Shown here piece after piece: positions 46,071 to 54,041 of a DNA stretch of 64,000 bases (its first letter is position 1; each line of letters begins with the position of its first letter). The position numbers and the translations under genes are program-made. Under the pieces are notes generated by a model. The model had not been told where the DNA came from. It searched no databases and saw only the letters and a program-made list of their open reading frames with translations. Origin of the DNA: a virus (taxonomy: Duplodnaviria; Heunggongvirae; Uroviricota; Caudoviricetes); the IMG/VR virus record IMGVR_UViG_3300044796_000394. One strand, given 5' to 3'.

Positions 46071-46796
46071 CTATGGTGTTACTTTGGCTCTAAGAACCTT
46101 TGCGGTTTGCGTCCTACGGGTCGCCTTCATATCGGTCACTACTTCTCGGTAATCTTGCCGGGTCGTGATGGGGCTGAAGTCCTCATAGCCAATTATCACG
46201 CTCCGCAAGAAACCAACTTGGAGGAGCTTGTTAAAGTTCTCAACAAATTCGGTGTAAACCAAATCAGAATGCAGCGTGATGTATTCAATGCCGAACTTTA
46301 CTTCCGCCTTCTCTCAATTGCCGGTTTTGGCGATTTAGCCAGAATGCCGCAATTCAAATCGGCTGATGAAGACAAACAAACTGGTCAACTACTCACCTAT
46401 CCAGTCTTGATGACACACGATGTCGTCGGCTATGAGAACGTGTTGGTAGGTGAAGATCAGAAGGTGCATTTGGAATACGCTCGTAGGCTAATTCGCAAAT
46501 ACAACAAAACCTTTAATGAAGAAGTTGTTTTGCCTCGTCCGATGATTGTTGGCGGGAAAGTTAAGGACTTGCGGAAGCCGACTGAAAAGATGAGCAAGTC
46601 GTCACCTGATGGTTGTTTGTTCCTTGACGATACGCCCGACGATATTCGTACAAAATTGAAGGCAGCAACCACGACACCGGAAGGGATAGAGAACCTTTCT
46701 ACATTGTACACTCATTTTGTTGGGCCTACAGTGCCTTCTATGAATTCTGAGCTTAAGTCTCAGTTGGCAGATGCTTTGATTGAGGCTTTTAAATAA
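46067..46796 (+). CDS. trpS: compact tryptophanyl-tRNA synthetase, probably made by +1 frameshift
   Basis: CGLRPTGRLHIGH, YPVLMTHD, VLVGEDQ, KMSKS; SD GAGG + ATG 46067 is one frame off the catalytic ORF. Confidence 0.85.
46073..46093 (+). promoter_or_regulatory. putative prfB-like +1 ribosomal frameshift cassette with Trp codon
   Basis: ATGGTG TTA CTT TGG CTC TAA versus prfB AGGGGG TAT CTT TGA C. Confidence 0.65.
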
Positions 46797-46815
46797 TCTT
46801 GGCAAAGGAAACGCC

Positions 46816-46998
46816 ATGCAAACCGCACCGTTAGGTCATTGGATAGCATTTTTCCTTTCCATGATCACATTGATATTTTTATCAGTGGTTCCAGCAACCG
46901 ATTTATCAGTTAATCAAAAACTGATTACTGCTGTTTATTTATTTCTATTTGGCCTTATTGGATTTCTAATTGGGCGAATTGGAACAAAAAAAGATTGA
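46816..46998 (+). CDS. small membrane protein
   Basis: Two TM segments; SD AAGGA. Confidence 0.6.
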   Translation: MQTAPLGHWIAFFLSMITLIFLSVVPATDLSVNQKLITAVYLFLFGLIGFLIGRIGTKKD

Positions 46999-47023
46999 CT
47001 TTCTGTAATGATGCGGGTATAGT
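46995..47023 (+). promoter_or_regulatory. sigma70-type promoter
   Basis: TTGACT-17 nt-TATAGT. Confidence 0.7.
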
Positions 47024-47075
47024 ATCTCTATGAAACCCGGCTAGACCAAGGCCGATACTTTATGAGGATTTTGCG

Positions 47076-47801
47076 ATGGAAGCGTTGTATGACAAAAATG
47101 GCTTAATGTTTTATTCGGAGCGGGAAGTCAAGTTGCGGGAACAGTTCCGTGATTACTTTGCGGATCGAATGAGGGAAACGTTGTTAGCGACGAATCCTAT
47201 GTGGCGGTTTTTGATGGTGGAAGCACCTCTGTTAACGCCCAACAAACACATCAACAAGAATTACACTGCCGAAGATGTATTCGTGTGTGACGATCTAACC
47301 TTAAGGCCGGAAACGACGCCGGGTACTTATCAGTGGATTCGTTCCAAGTTTGATGACAGCAACAGTGGTTTTCGTCCCCCGATTTGCGTTTGGCAATACG
47401 GCAAGAGTTTTCGGCAAGAACAGGATCAAGTATCAAAGCATTGCCGGTTCAAAGAGTTTTACCAGCAGGAATTCCAGTGCGTCTTTACGTCGGATACTGC
47501 GAATGATTATCACACGGTTTTACAAAAACCGGTTGAAAAGATGATTCGTGATATGATTGGCTTGCCGACTCGGTTGGTGGTTAGTGATCGGTTGCCGGAT
47601 TACAGCAAGAGTACAATGGATATCGAAGTAGACAACGGCGACAAGTGGATGGAAGTTTGTAGTATGAGCCTGCGAACCGATTTTCCCGGTACGGTCAGTT
47701 TCACGACCAAAACGAAGGTTGTGGAAAGGGATCTGTTGGTTGCGGAGGTTGCCATCGGTTTAGATCGGTGTGTTTACAATTTCCTGCAAAGGGTAGATTA
47801 A
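47076..47801 (+). CDS. minimal class II aminoacyl-tRNA synthetase catalytic core, GlyRS(alpha2)-like
   Basis: LRPET, GKSFRQE (motif 2), RFKEFYQQE, RTDF, AIGLDR (motif 3); no anticodon-binding domain. Confidence 0.75.
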   Translation: MEALYDKNGLMFYSEREVKLREQFRDYFADRMRETLLATNPMWRFLMVEAPLLTPNKHINKNYTAEDVFVCDDLTLRPETTPGTYQWIRSKFDDSNSGFRPPICVWQYGKSFRQEQDQVSKHCRFKEFYQQEFQCVFTSDTANDYHTVLQKPVEKMIRDMIGLPTRLVVSDRLPDYSKSTMDIEVDNGDKWMEVCSMSLRTDFPGTVSFTTKTKVVERDLLVAEVAIGLDRCVYNFLQRVD

Positions 47802-48067
47802 TGCGTGATTTTATTCGCTGGTTATTAGCTGGCATTTGCTTGATTATTGCCTTGAACTGCATAGTAGAGGTTTACTTTGTTATGCGGGCGGCAGAGAGCT
47901 TGAAGCATTACACCAAAGTTAAGTTTTATGTTCCTTCGGGATGTGATCTTTACATTGAGGGGCAGAAAAGCAGGTTGCCAGTCTACTTGAATAAAGAACA
48001 CGTGTACAAGATGGAATTTCGGCGTGGTGATGTTGTTGAGAAGCAGTGGGACTATAAACCAGAGTGA
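47801..48067 (+). CDS. hypothetical membrane-anchored protein
   Basis: TAATG overlap; N-terminal TM. Confidence 0.55.
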   Translation: MRDFIRWLLAGICLIIALNCIVEVYFVMRAAESLKHYTKVKFYVPSGCDLYIEGQKSRLPVYLNKEHVYKMEFRRGDVVEKQWDYKPE

Positions 48068-48070
48068 TTT

Positions 48071-48298
48071 ATGTGTTTAGACTTTTTAGCCTTTTGTGTT
48101 GTTCTTTTCCTTTTGCTAAGTGTAACAGGACGACCGCACGATCAAAAGAATGATGCTCTTTTCCCGAAACCAAAACCTGTGTCGCCCCGCAAAGGTCGCA
48201 GATTGGAACGAGAGTTATTTCAATGGGTGCGTATAAACTCAATGCGGTTTCACCATTGGCTTTGTGGAATTTTGATGCGATGTCGTCTAGGCCGGTAG
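48071..48298 (+). CDS. hypothetical protein
   Basis: 75-aa ORF; 3' end overlaps tRNA-Gln. Confidence 0.4.
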   Translation: MCLDFLAFCVVLFLLLSVTGRPHDQKNDALFPKPKPVSPRKGRRLERELFQWVRINSMRFHHWLCGILMRCRLGR

Positions 48299-48348
48299 GA
48301 CAACTGTCTCTGAAGCAGTTTACGAAGGTTCAAATCCTTCCGTCGCAA
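48276..48348 (+). tRNA. tRNA-Gln(CTG)
   Basis: ACTGT-CTCTGAA-GCAGT. Confidence 0.9.
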
Positions 48349-48375
48349 CTTTTTACTTAACTAAATAAACTAATC

Positions 48376-48612
48376 ATGAATGTAATCCGTAGTAAATATT
48401 TTTACCAAATCAGTCACTTTATTTCTGGCTCGCCGGAAAATATGCAAAAAGTTGATGAGAACTTTCTGAGGCAAATCGAAGAGATAGCCGGGATACAGGA
48501 AGAGGATGTTTATTCGTGGAGATTCGATGTATACTCACAATACCTCCAAGGGCGTTGTCAGTTGGTCGATGAAAGAATGGGACATGTACTTGCCGACATA
48601 GGACAAGTATGA
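48376..48612 (+). CDS. hypothetical protein
   Basis: 78-aa ORF after TAAATA motif. Confidence 0.6.
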   Translation: MNVIRSKYFYQISHFISGSPENMQKVDENFLRQIEEIAGIQEEDVYSWRFDVYSQYLQGRCQLVDERMGHVLADIGQV

Positions 48613-48685
48613 TGGGGTTTCGTCTAATCTGGTAGGACAACTGTCTTTGGAACAGTCTGTGAAGGTTCAAATCCTTCAACCCCAA
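48613..48685 (+). tRNA. tRNA-Gln(TTG)
   Basis: ACTGT-CTTTGGA-ACAGT. Confidence 0.9.
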
Positions 48686-48703
48686 TTATAGGGAGGCGTA
48701 TAT

Positions 48704-49102
48704 ATGATATGTGAAAGAATGTGGCGCAACTGCATTATTAAGCATCTGAATATTGCTAATATTTGGCGAAATGCTGACGCAGATCGTATCAAGCCTGCCA
48801 AGCAAGACATATTTTGGGTAGAGGCTTCATTGGCCGATGCTTCTTATCTTATGTCTTACGTACACGATGAAGATCATATTAGCCGTATTCGGTTTGCTAT
48901 CAAAGGGGTTCAGGTGTCCCCTCGCAAAATGAACTTCATTGTTTCTCGAAATGGGCTTTTTGTTCAATACTATCCGATGTTAAGTTTTGATTCGCCGGGG
49001 ATAAAATGGGAAAAAGTTCATCCATTTTCATTTTCCAGTTTTGCTGAAATGAACAAGAAGATTCCTGTAGTTGCGGAAAAGATTTATTGTGGTGATTTGT
49101 GA
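48704..49102 (+). CDS. hypothetical protein
   Basis: SD GGGAGG. Confidence 0.65.
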   Translation: MICERMWRNCIIKHLNIANIWRNADADRIKPAKQDIFWVEASLADASYLMSYVHDEDHISRIRFAIKGVQVSPRKMNFIVSRNGLFVQYYPMLSFDSPGIKWEKVHPFSFSSFAEMNKKIPVVAEKIYCGDL

Positions 49103-49105
49103 TAG

Positions 49106-49179
49106 GGCAACGTGGTGTAGTGGTTTCTGCATGTCTGGTTGTCAACCAGTTGGTGCGAGTTCGATTCTCGTCGTTGTCG
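49106..49179 (+). tRNA. tRNA-Asp(GTC)
   Basis: CTGG-TTGTCAA-CCAG; G73. Confidence 0.88.
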
Positions 49180-49193
49180 TTTTTAGGTGAAAG

Positions 49194-49484
49194 ATGAAGA
49201 GTTTATCCGAAATATACTCGGAAGTTAAGAAGGTGCCTTTTCGGGTGCGAAATGTTGAGACGAATGAAGATTGGTTTATTGTGATGGTAACTTTGGCACA
49301 AAATCGTCCGGTGATAATGTCGGCAATAAGATTAGAGGGATGTTCGTTTACGAAATATCAATATTCAGCTAGTCATAAAGTATATGCTTTGTTATCATCA
49401 AAAGAAGAATGTGTTTTTTGGCAAGGCTTAAGTCATCAACAGGCTACTTTCAGGGCTAAATCCTTTTATCGCAGGGCATCATGA
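49194..49484 (+). CDS. hypothetical protein (similar to next ORF)
   Basis: PFRVRNVET..YALLS vs SFRVRDINT..FALLS. Confidence 0.55.
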   Translation: MKSLSEIYSEVKKVPFRVRNVETNEDWFIVMVTLAQNRPVIMSAIRLEGCSFTKYQYSASHKVYALLSSKEECVFWQGLSHQQATFRAKSFYRRAS

Positions 49485-49849
49485 CACCGAAAAGTATTGC
49501 CCAATTATGGGTAGAGCTTAATGGCCCAACATCTTTTCGAGTGAGGGATATTAATACATTGGAAGACTTTGTAACTTGTTACAAATATGAATGGAAATGT
49601 GAAAATGGCGTTCCAGTATTAGTGGCTTTGGAAGCTGCCGATAATATGGAAAAGTCCATGATCAAAATAGATGCTAATGAAAAAAGATTTGCATTACTTT
49701 CAACGCTGCCTGAAATTAAGAAATACACAGAAATGCCTCCGTCAACTTGTGTATACTTTGTAAAAGGTGAATATCGTAAAGCAAAAGAAAAGATTGCGAA
49801 AGAAGCGAGACAACCTGTTCATAGCACTTATGAGCATGATTATAGTTAA
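49481..49849 (+). CDS. hypothetical protein
   Basis: ATGA-coupled. Confidence 0.6.
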   Translation: MTPKSIAQLWVELNGPTSFRVRDINTLEDFVTCYKYEWKCENGVPVLVALEAADNMEKSMIKIDANEKRFALLSTLPEIKKYTEMPPSTCVYFVKGEYRKAKEKIAKEARQPVHSTYEHDYS

Positions 49850-49852
49850 TAT

Positions 49853-49925
49853 GGTGGATATGGTGTAGTGGTCTGCACAAATGTTTGTGAAGCAAAAGGT
49901 GCGAGTTCGATCCTCGTTATCCACC
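49853..49925 (+). tRNA. tRNA-His(GTG)
   Basis: G-1, C73, loop TTGTGAA; weak anticodon stem. Confidence 0.85.
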
Positions 49926-49945
49926 CTTTTTTATAGAGAGAAATC

Positions 49946-50380
49946 ATGCGATATACTAAAAAGTTCAGCAGTGTTGCTGCCGAAGAAGTAAAGGCCAGAG
50001 AGAGCATAAGAAAAATGTTTCATAAGGACATCAAATCAGATAAGATATTCAAAAGAATAATCAAAAAACAAGCTACTGCAATTTCGGAAGCAGAGCATGC
50101 ACTTAGACTTGCTAGACTTTCAAGAGCTGGACTCAGTGCCCAAGCTAGTCGGATATTACAAGTTAATAATTTGTTGCCTGTATCAATGGTGGTGTTGAAT
50201 AACGCTGTCATTGGAAAGACGGTTGCCAATGCCGAATCGGAGTTGAAAAAAATGGGTTATGAAATGCGAGTCGTCATGGATGATGGGGAAAGATTGGTTG
50301 TGACGGAAGACTTGCATAATCGCCGGGCGAATGTTGAAAAGCTCAACAACACGATCATGAGAGTTATTGACGTACGTTAA
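49946..50380 (+). CDS. hypothetical protein, C-terminal I78-like protease-inhibitor domain
   Basis: GKTVANAE..MRVV..VVTEDLHNRRANV pattern. Confidence 0.5.
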   Translation: MRYTKKFSSVAAEEVKARESIRKMFHKDIKSDKIFKRIIKKQATAISEAEHALRLARLSRAGLSAQASRILQVNNLLPVSMVVLNNAVIGKTVANAESELKKMGYEMRVVMDDGERLVVTEDLHNRRANVEKLNNTIMRVIDVR

Positions 50381-50487
50381 CTGGTTGTAGTTTATCGACG
50401 GTTAAAATTACAATTAGGGAAAACGTGACTAATCCAAGTTATGTTGCCCATATAATTGAGAAACGGGTTCAAATCCCGTCAGCCAGA
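50381..50487 (+). tRNA. tRNA-Pro-like gene with ~35-nt anticodon-loop insertion
   Basis: CTGGTTG/CAGCCAG A73, T-arm ACGGG-TTCAAAT-CCCGT, CAATT/AATTG stem enclosing extra hairpin. Confidence 0.55.
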
Positions 50488-50515
50488 TTTTTGATAGTTT
50501 TCACTAACTTAAGTT

Positions 50516-50767
50516 ATGGAATCAATCAAACAAAAACACGTTGACCCTGTTTGGGGTGAATGTACTCTAATTTTCGCACCAGAAGCCGCCCAAGATATGG
50601 CTATGTACCAAATGATGTCCGACATGCCAAGATCGGGTGAAATTAGGGAACAAGAGGTAAAAGATTGGCGAACAATTAATAGTTTGATTTCAGAATTGTA
50701 CTGGACAACAGATTTCAAATATGGTAGTATTGATGGGGAATTAGACCCCTTTGGATACTACGAATGA
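50516..50767 (+). CDS. hypothetical protein
   Basis: 83-aa ORF coupled to nadD. Confidence 0.6.
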   Translation: MESIKQKHVDPVWGECTLIFAPEAAQDMAMYQMMSDMPRSGEIREQEVKDWRTINSLISELYWTTDFKYGSIDGELDPFGYYE

Positions 50768-51327
50768 AAATCAGTATTTTGGGTCTGTCAGCCAATCCAG
50801 TTACAAATGGGCACATAGGTGTTTCTGAACTTATTGTAGCTTCGGGTGCTGTTGATGAAGTATGGTTTTTGCCTTGCTATCATCACATGTACGGCAAAGA
50901 CTTGATTGATTCGTCGCATCGGCTCAAAATGTGCGAGTTGGCAGGAGTTAAGGTTTGTGATTGGGAAGTCAAAAATGGAAAATCTGGTAAGACCTACGAA
51001 ACTGTCGTCGGTTTGAAGAAGGAATTTCCCGAACATGAATTCTCTTGGATTATTGGCTCTGACAACGCAGACACAATACACAAATGGTACAACTACGAAG
51101 AATTGGTGAATACAATTCCGTTCCTAGTTGTCCAAAGAGCGGGTAGTCCACTAAAAGGCGGCTGGTACGATTATCCCCCGCACAAAGTCATTCCCACGAA
51201 ATGGGTAAATGAAATAAGCTCCACTTTGGTGAGAGCAATGGTCAAGAGTGGCGATCCCAAAGTTGTTGATCTTGTACCGGCGAGTGTCCTAGATTACATT
51301 CGCAAACACAATTTTTACAAAGGTTAA
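50764..51327 (+). CDS. nadD: nicotinate/nicotinamide mononucleotide adenylyltransferase
   Basis: SANPVTNGH, WFLPC, HRLKMC, IIGSDN, ISSTLVR. Confidence 0.9.
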   Translation: MKISILGLSANPVTNGHIGVSELIVASGAVDEVWFLPCYHHMYGKDLIDSSHRLKMCELAGVKVCDWEVKNGKSGKTYETVVGLKKEFPEHEFSWIIGSDNADTIHKWYNYEELVNTIPFLVVQRAGSPLKGGWYDYPPHKVIPTKWVNEISSTLVRAMVKSGDPKVVDLVPASVLDYIRKHNFYKG

Positions 51328-51328
51328 T

Positions 51329-51676
51329 ATGAAAGTCACCATCACCCCCAAAGCCGTTGCCGAAGTTCGTCGTATTATTACCGAACAATTGGCAGAAGAA
51401 ACCAAAGAAAACGAAAAGACTTATCTGCGGATTCGGGTTCAAGGCGGTGGCTGTTCTGGCTTCCAACACAAATTGGATTTGTCCAGTGAAATCAACGAAA
51501 AGATCGACACCGTCATGGTTGTCGAAGGCGTTGATGTGGTTATTGATAAGAGAAGTGCCTTGTATCTGGATGGCGTGGTTGTGGATTTCTTGGATGAAAT
51601 TAACAACCGTGGATTCAGTGTCAAAAATCCGAATTCCAAAGGTACATGCGGTTGTGGTAGCTCCTTCACAATGTAA
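51329..51676 (+). CDS. iscA: A-type Fe-S carrier (IscA/SufA/ErpA, HesB family)
   Basis: GGGCSGFQ, VDF, NPNSKGTCGCGSSF. Confidence 0.92.
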   Translation: MKVTITPKAVAEVRRIITEQLAEETKENEKTYLRIRVQGGGCSGFQHKLDLSSEINEKIDTVMVVEGVDVVIDKRSALYLDGVVVDFLDEINNRGFSVKNPNSKGTCGCGSSFTM

Positions 51677-51685
51677 GGCGATCCA

Positions 51686-51958
51686 ATGAGCAAGTTAAAA
51701 AAAGGCAGAACCATTTATTTGGCTTGTTCTGCCACAGTGGCTTACTTGGATAAAAATAAAACGTACTATTTCAGTGGCACTTGGTCGGTTGAGCCGTTTG
51801 AAACTCATTGGAGTGCTGACGAATATCTCAAGACCTTGAAAGCAAAATACAAGGATAGGATTTGGGAGCCGTTAACTGTTCAGGGTCGTAAGGGTATCGG
51901 CAGTTGGGCACATGGAGATTGTTGGTTTTTATTCGTTGACACCAAAATAATGAAATGA
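51686..51958 (+). CDS. hypothetical protein
   Basis: 90-aa ORF. Confidence 0.55.
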   Translation: MSKLKKGRTIYLACSATVAYLDKNKTYYFSGTWSVEPFETHWSADEYLKTLKAKYKDRIWEPLTVQGRKGIGSWAHGDCWFLFVDTKIMK

Positions 51959-51964
51959 GTCACA

Positions 51965-52216
51965 ATGAAAATCACAAAAGAAAACTTGTTGGCTTTTGGG
52001 TTCAAAGAACTTGAAGGTCGTGAAGACTGCTACAGTTTACAATCCAAGGATACATCTTTTTTGATTATGCTTTTGAGGGATGGATGGGATTTCAGTGGGC
52101 ATATCGTTACTGAAATGGCCGAATTGGTTTCATGGGCATATCAAGATGGATGGATAGATGGTAAATACAGAGTAGAAGCAAAATTGGCGGCGTTCATGGA
52201 TTTGGATAAGGAATAA
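51965..52216 (+). CDS. hypothetical protein
   Basis: 83-aa ORF. Confidence 0.55.
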   Translation: MKITKENLLAFGFKELEGREDCYSLQSKDTSFLIMLLRDGWDFSGHIVTEMAELVSWAYQDGWIDGKYRVEAKLAAFMDLDKE

Positions 52217-52217
52217 T

Positions 52218-52547
52218 ATGGGTTTTGGAGTTTTTGGTTGTTGTTGTAAAGATTGTAGTGCCGAATGGAATGTCGTTACTACCGATCATTTGAATGACCA
52301 CTTCTGCCCAAATTGTATCTCGGAGAATGTTAATGTTCTCAACAGGTCTGTTCCTTTCTGCGTGAATGACGGTTTGCCGCCCGATCATGTCTATAACTGT
52401 ATTTGCGGTAAAGTTTTTCAACGTCAACCCGATGCGGACTTCGATCCGTTCGTTAAAGATGTTGAAAAAATAAGAAAACAATTATGTGTTCAATGCCCTT
52501 ACTGCAAAAGGCGTAATGATCACGAATTGGGTTGGTATGTACCATAA
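52218..52547 (+). CDS. Cys-rich Zn-finger hypothetical protein
   Basis: CKDC, CPNC, CICG, CPYC. Confidence 0.6.
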   Translation: MGFGVFGCCCKDCSAEWNVVTTDHLNDHFCPNCISENVNVLNRSVPFCVNDGLPPDHVYNCICGKVFQRQPDADFDPFVKDVEKIRKQLCVQCPYCKRRNDHELGWYVP

Positions 52548-52628
52548 GGATCTGCTTACTAAGTGGGATTAGTACCCGGCTGTAACCCGGTTGCCAAGTG
52601 CTAAGGAGTTCAATTCTTCACAGATCCA
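52548..52628 (+). tRNA. tRNA-Tyr(GTA)
   Basis: CCGG-CTGTAAC-CCGG; long variable region. Confidence 0.85.
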
Positions 52629-52698
52629 TTTGATTTCGGTTGAGCAAAAGTAGGTTAATTTCTTCAAAAAAATGCATACATACCACAGGAGGTTTGTG

Positions 52699-53091
52699 AT
52701 GCATAAAAAAAGAAAAAACCTAATGGGACGTATGAAGCACAACGTCGCAGAAGCAGCTGCCGGTCAATGCCCCGATTCTAACGAATTGAAGGGTGATAAT
52801 ATTCCAGACCATAAGATGTTTCACAAAGCCCCTAAAGCTAAAAAAGGCAAAAAGGGTAAGATGAAAGCTAAGATGGGCAAGAAAGCCCATATGAAGCGGA
52901 ATGTTAAGGCTAAGATGAAACGTCGTAATGCTAAGGCTAAAATGAAGCATCGTAATGCTCAAGCCAGTCAATGGCATTTAGTCAAGAAGAATAATGGCGA
53001 ATGTAAGTGTACACAAAACTTACGTCGTCGTCTCTCTTTGAGGAAATTTACTACGCAGAGCGAATGTGAAAATCATCGCAGCGGTTGCTAA
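52699..53091 (+). CDS. Lys-rich basic protein with KAKMK repeats (histone H1-like)
   Basis: SD AGGAGG before ATG; repeated KAKMK..RNA units; terminator downstream. Confidence 0.7.
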   Translation: MHKKRKNLMGRMKHNVAEAAAGQCPDSNELKGDNIPDHKMFHKAPKAKKGKKGKMKAKMGKKAHMKRNVKAKMKRRNAKAKMKHRNAQASQWHLVKKNNGECKCTQNLRRRLSLRKFTTQSECENHRSGC

Positions 53092-53103
53092 ATTGCTTCT
53101 ACA

Positions 53104-53132
53104 AGGGAGGCTGAGTCCTCCCTGTTTTATTT
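53104..53132 (+). terminator. intrinsic terminator
   Basis: AGGGAGG-ctgagt-CCTCCCT + GTTTTATTT. Confidence 0.7.
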
Positions 53133-53135
53133 AAC

Positions 53136-53209
53136 GGGCCTATAGTTCAACCGGGGAGAACATCCAACAGGAATGTTGGAAGGTCGAGGTTCAAATCCTC
53201 ATAAGCCCA
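53136..53209 (+). tRNA. tRNA with undetermined anticodon (aberrant loop)
   Basis: Normal acceptor/D/T arms; anticodon arm TCCAAC-AGGAAT-GTTGGA without U33. Confidence 0.55.
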
Positions 53210-53213
53210 CTTT

Positions 53214-53284
53214 GCTTTCATAGTATAATGGTATTACCCTAATTCGGTAAATTAGAAACCTGCGTTCGATTCGCAGTGAAAGCT
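53214..53284 (+). tRNA. tRNA-Thr(GGT)
   Basis: CTAAT-TCGGTAA-ATTAG (C33 atypical). Confidence 0.8.
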
Positions 53285-53289
53285 CTCTC

Positions 53290-53360
53290 GCTTCCATAGT
53301 ATATTGGTATTATTCTTCCTTCGTACAGAAGAGATAGTGGTTCGATTCCACTTGGAAGCC
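53290..53360 (+). tRNA. tRNA-Thr(CGT)
   Basis: Loop TTCGTAC; cloverleaf. Confidence 0.8.
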
Positions 53361-53372
53361 CTTGGTTAATTT

Positions 53373-53445
53373 GCCTCAGCAGCACAAAGGCAGGTGCACC
53401 GCTCTTGTAAGGCGGAACTTGTGGGTTCGACTCCCACCTGTGGCT
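53373..53445 (+). tRNA. tRNA-Thr(TGT)
   Basis: CCGCT-CTTGTAA-GGCGG. Confidence 0.9.
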
Positions 53446-53447
53446 CT

Positions 53448-54041
53448 ATGAAGATGTCAAGAAGTGATGCGGGCAAGTTAGGACACTTAGCATCCAAAGA
53501 AATACAACAAAAAAATAGAGATTTAATCGTTAACCAATACGAGCAACATCCTAATCTATGTTTGTATTGTCAAGAAGCATTGCCTTATAAAAAAAGATTT
53601 AATGTTTTTTGTAATCATTCATGTTCTGCTAAAAAGAATAATCGCAACATCGATAAACCTTGTTTGAATTGCAATACAATAACTAAAAATCCTGTATATT
53701 GTACAAAAAAATGCGCCAATGAATATCGCTGGAATGTGATATATCAAAAAATCACAACAGAAGGCAAGCTCTTGAATATTCCTAGTGGTTATGGCTATAA
53801 TGCCGTAGTCTCTAAAAGATATTTAGTAGAAACCCGTGGTCATTGTTGTGAAATATGTAAAGGCGATACTTGGATGGGTAAACCAATGCCATTAGTTTTA
53901 GATCATATTAACGGTAATCCTACTAATCATAATTTGGACAATGTTAGGCTTGTTTGTGGAAATTGTAATATGCAGCTTCCAACCTTTTGTGGTAAAAATA
54001 TAGGCAATGGCCGAACGAAACATCGTGAGACGAATAAATGA
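53448..54041 (+). CDS. HNH endonuclease
   Basis: CNHSCS, CEIC..LDHINGNPTNHNLDNVRLVCGNC. Confidence 0.88.
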   Translation: MKMSRSDAGKLGHLASKEIQQKNRDLIVNQYEQHPNLCLYCQEALPYKKRFNVFCNHSCSAKKNNRNIDKPCLNCNTITKNPVYCTKKCANEYRWNVIYQKITTEGKLLNIPSGYGYNAVVSKRYLVETRGHCCEICKGDTWMGKPMPLVLDHINGNPTNHNLDNVRLVCGNCNMQLPTFCGKNIGNGRTKHRETNK

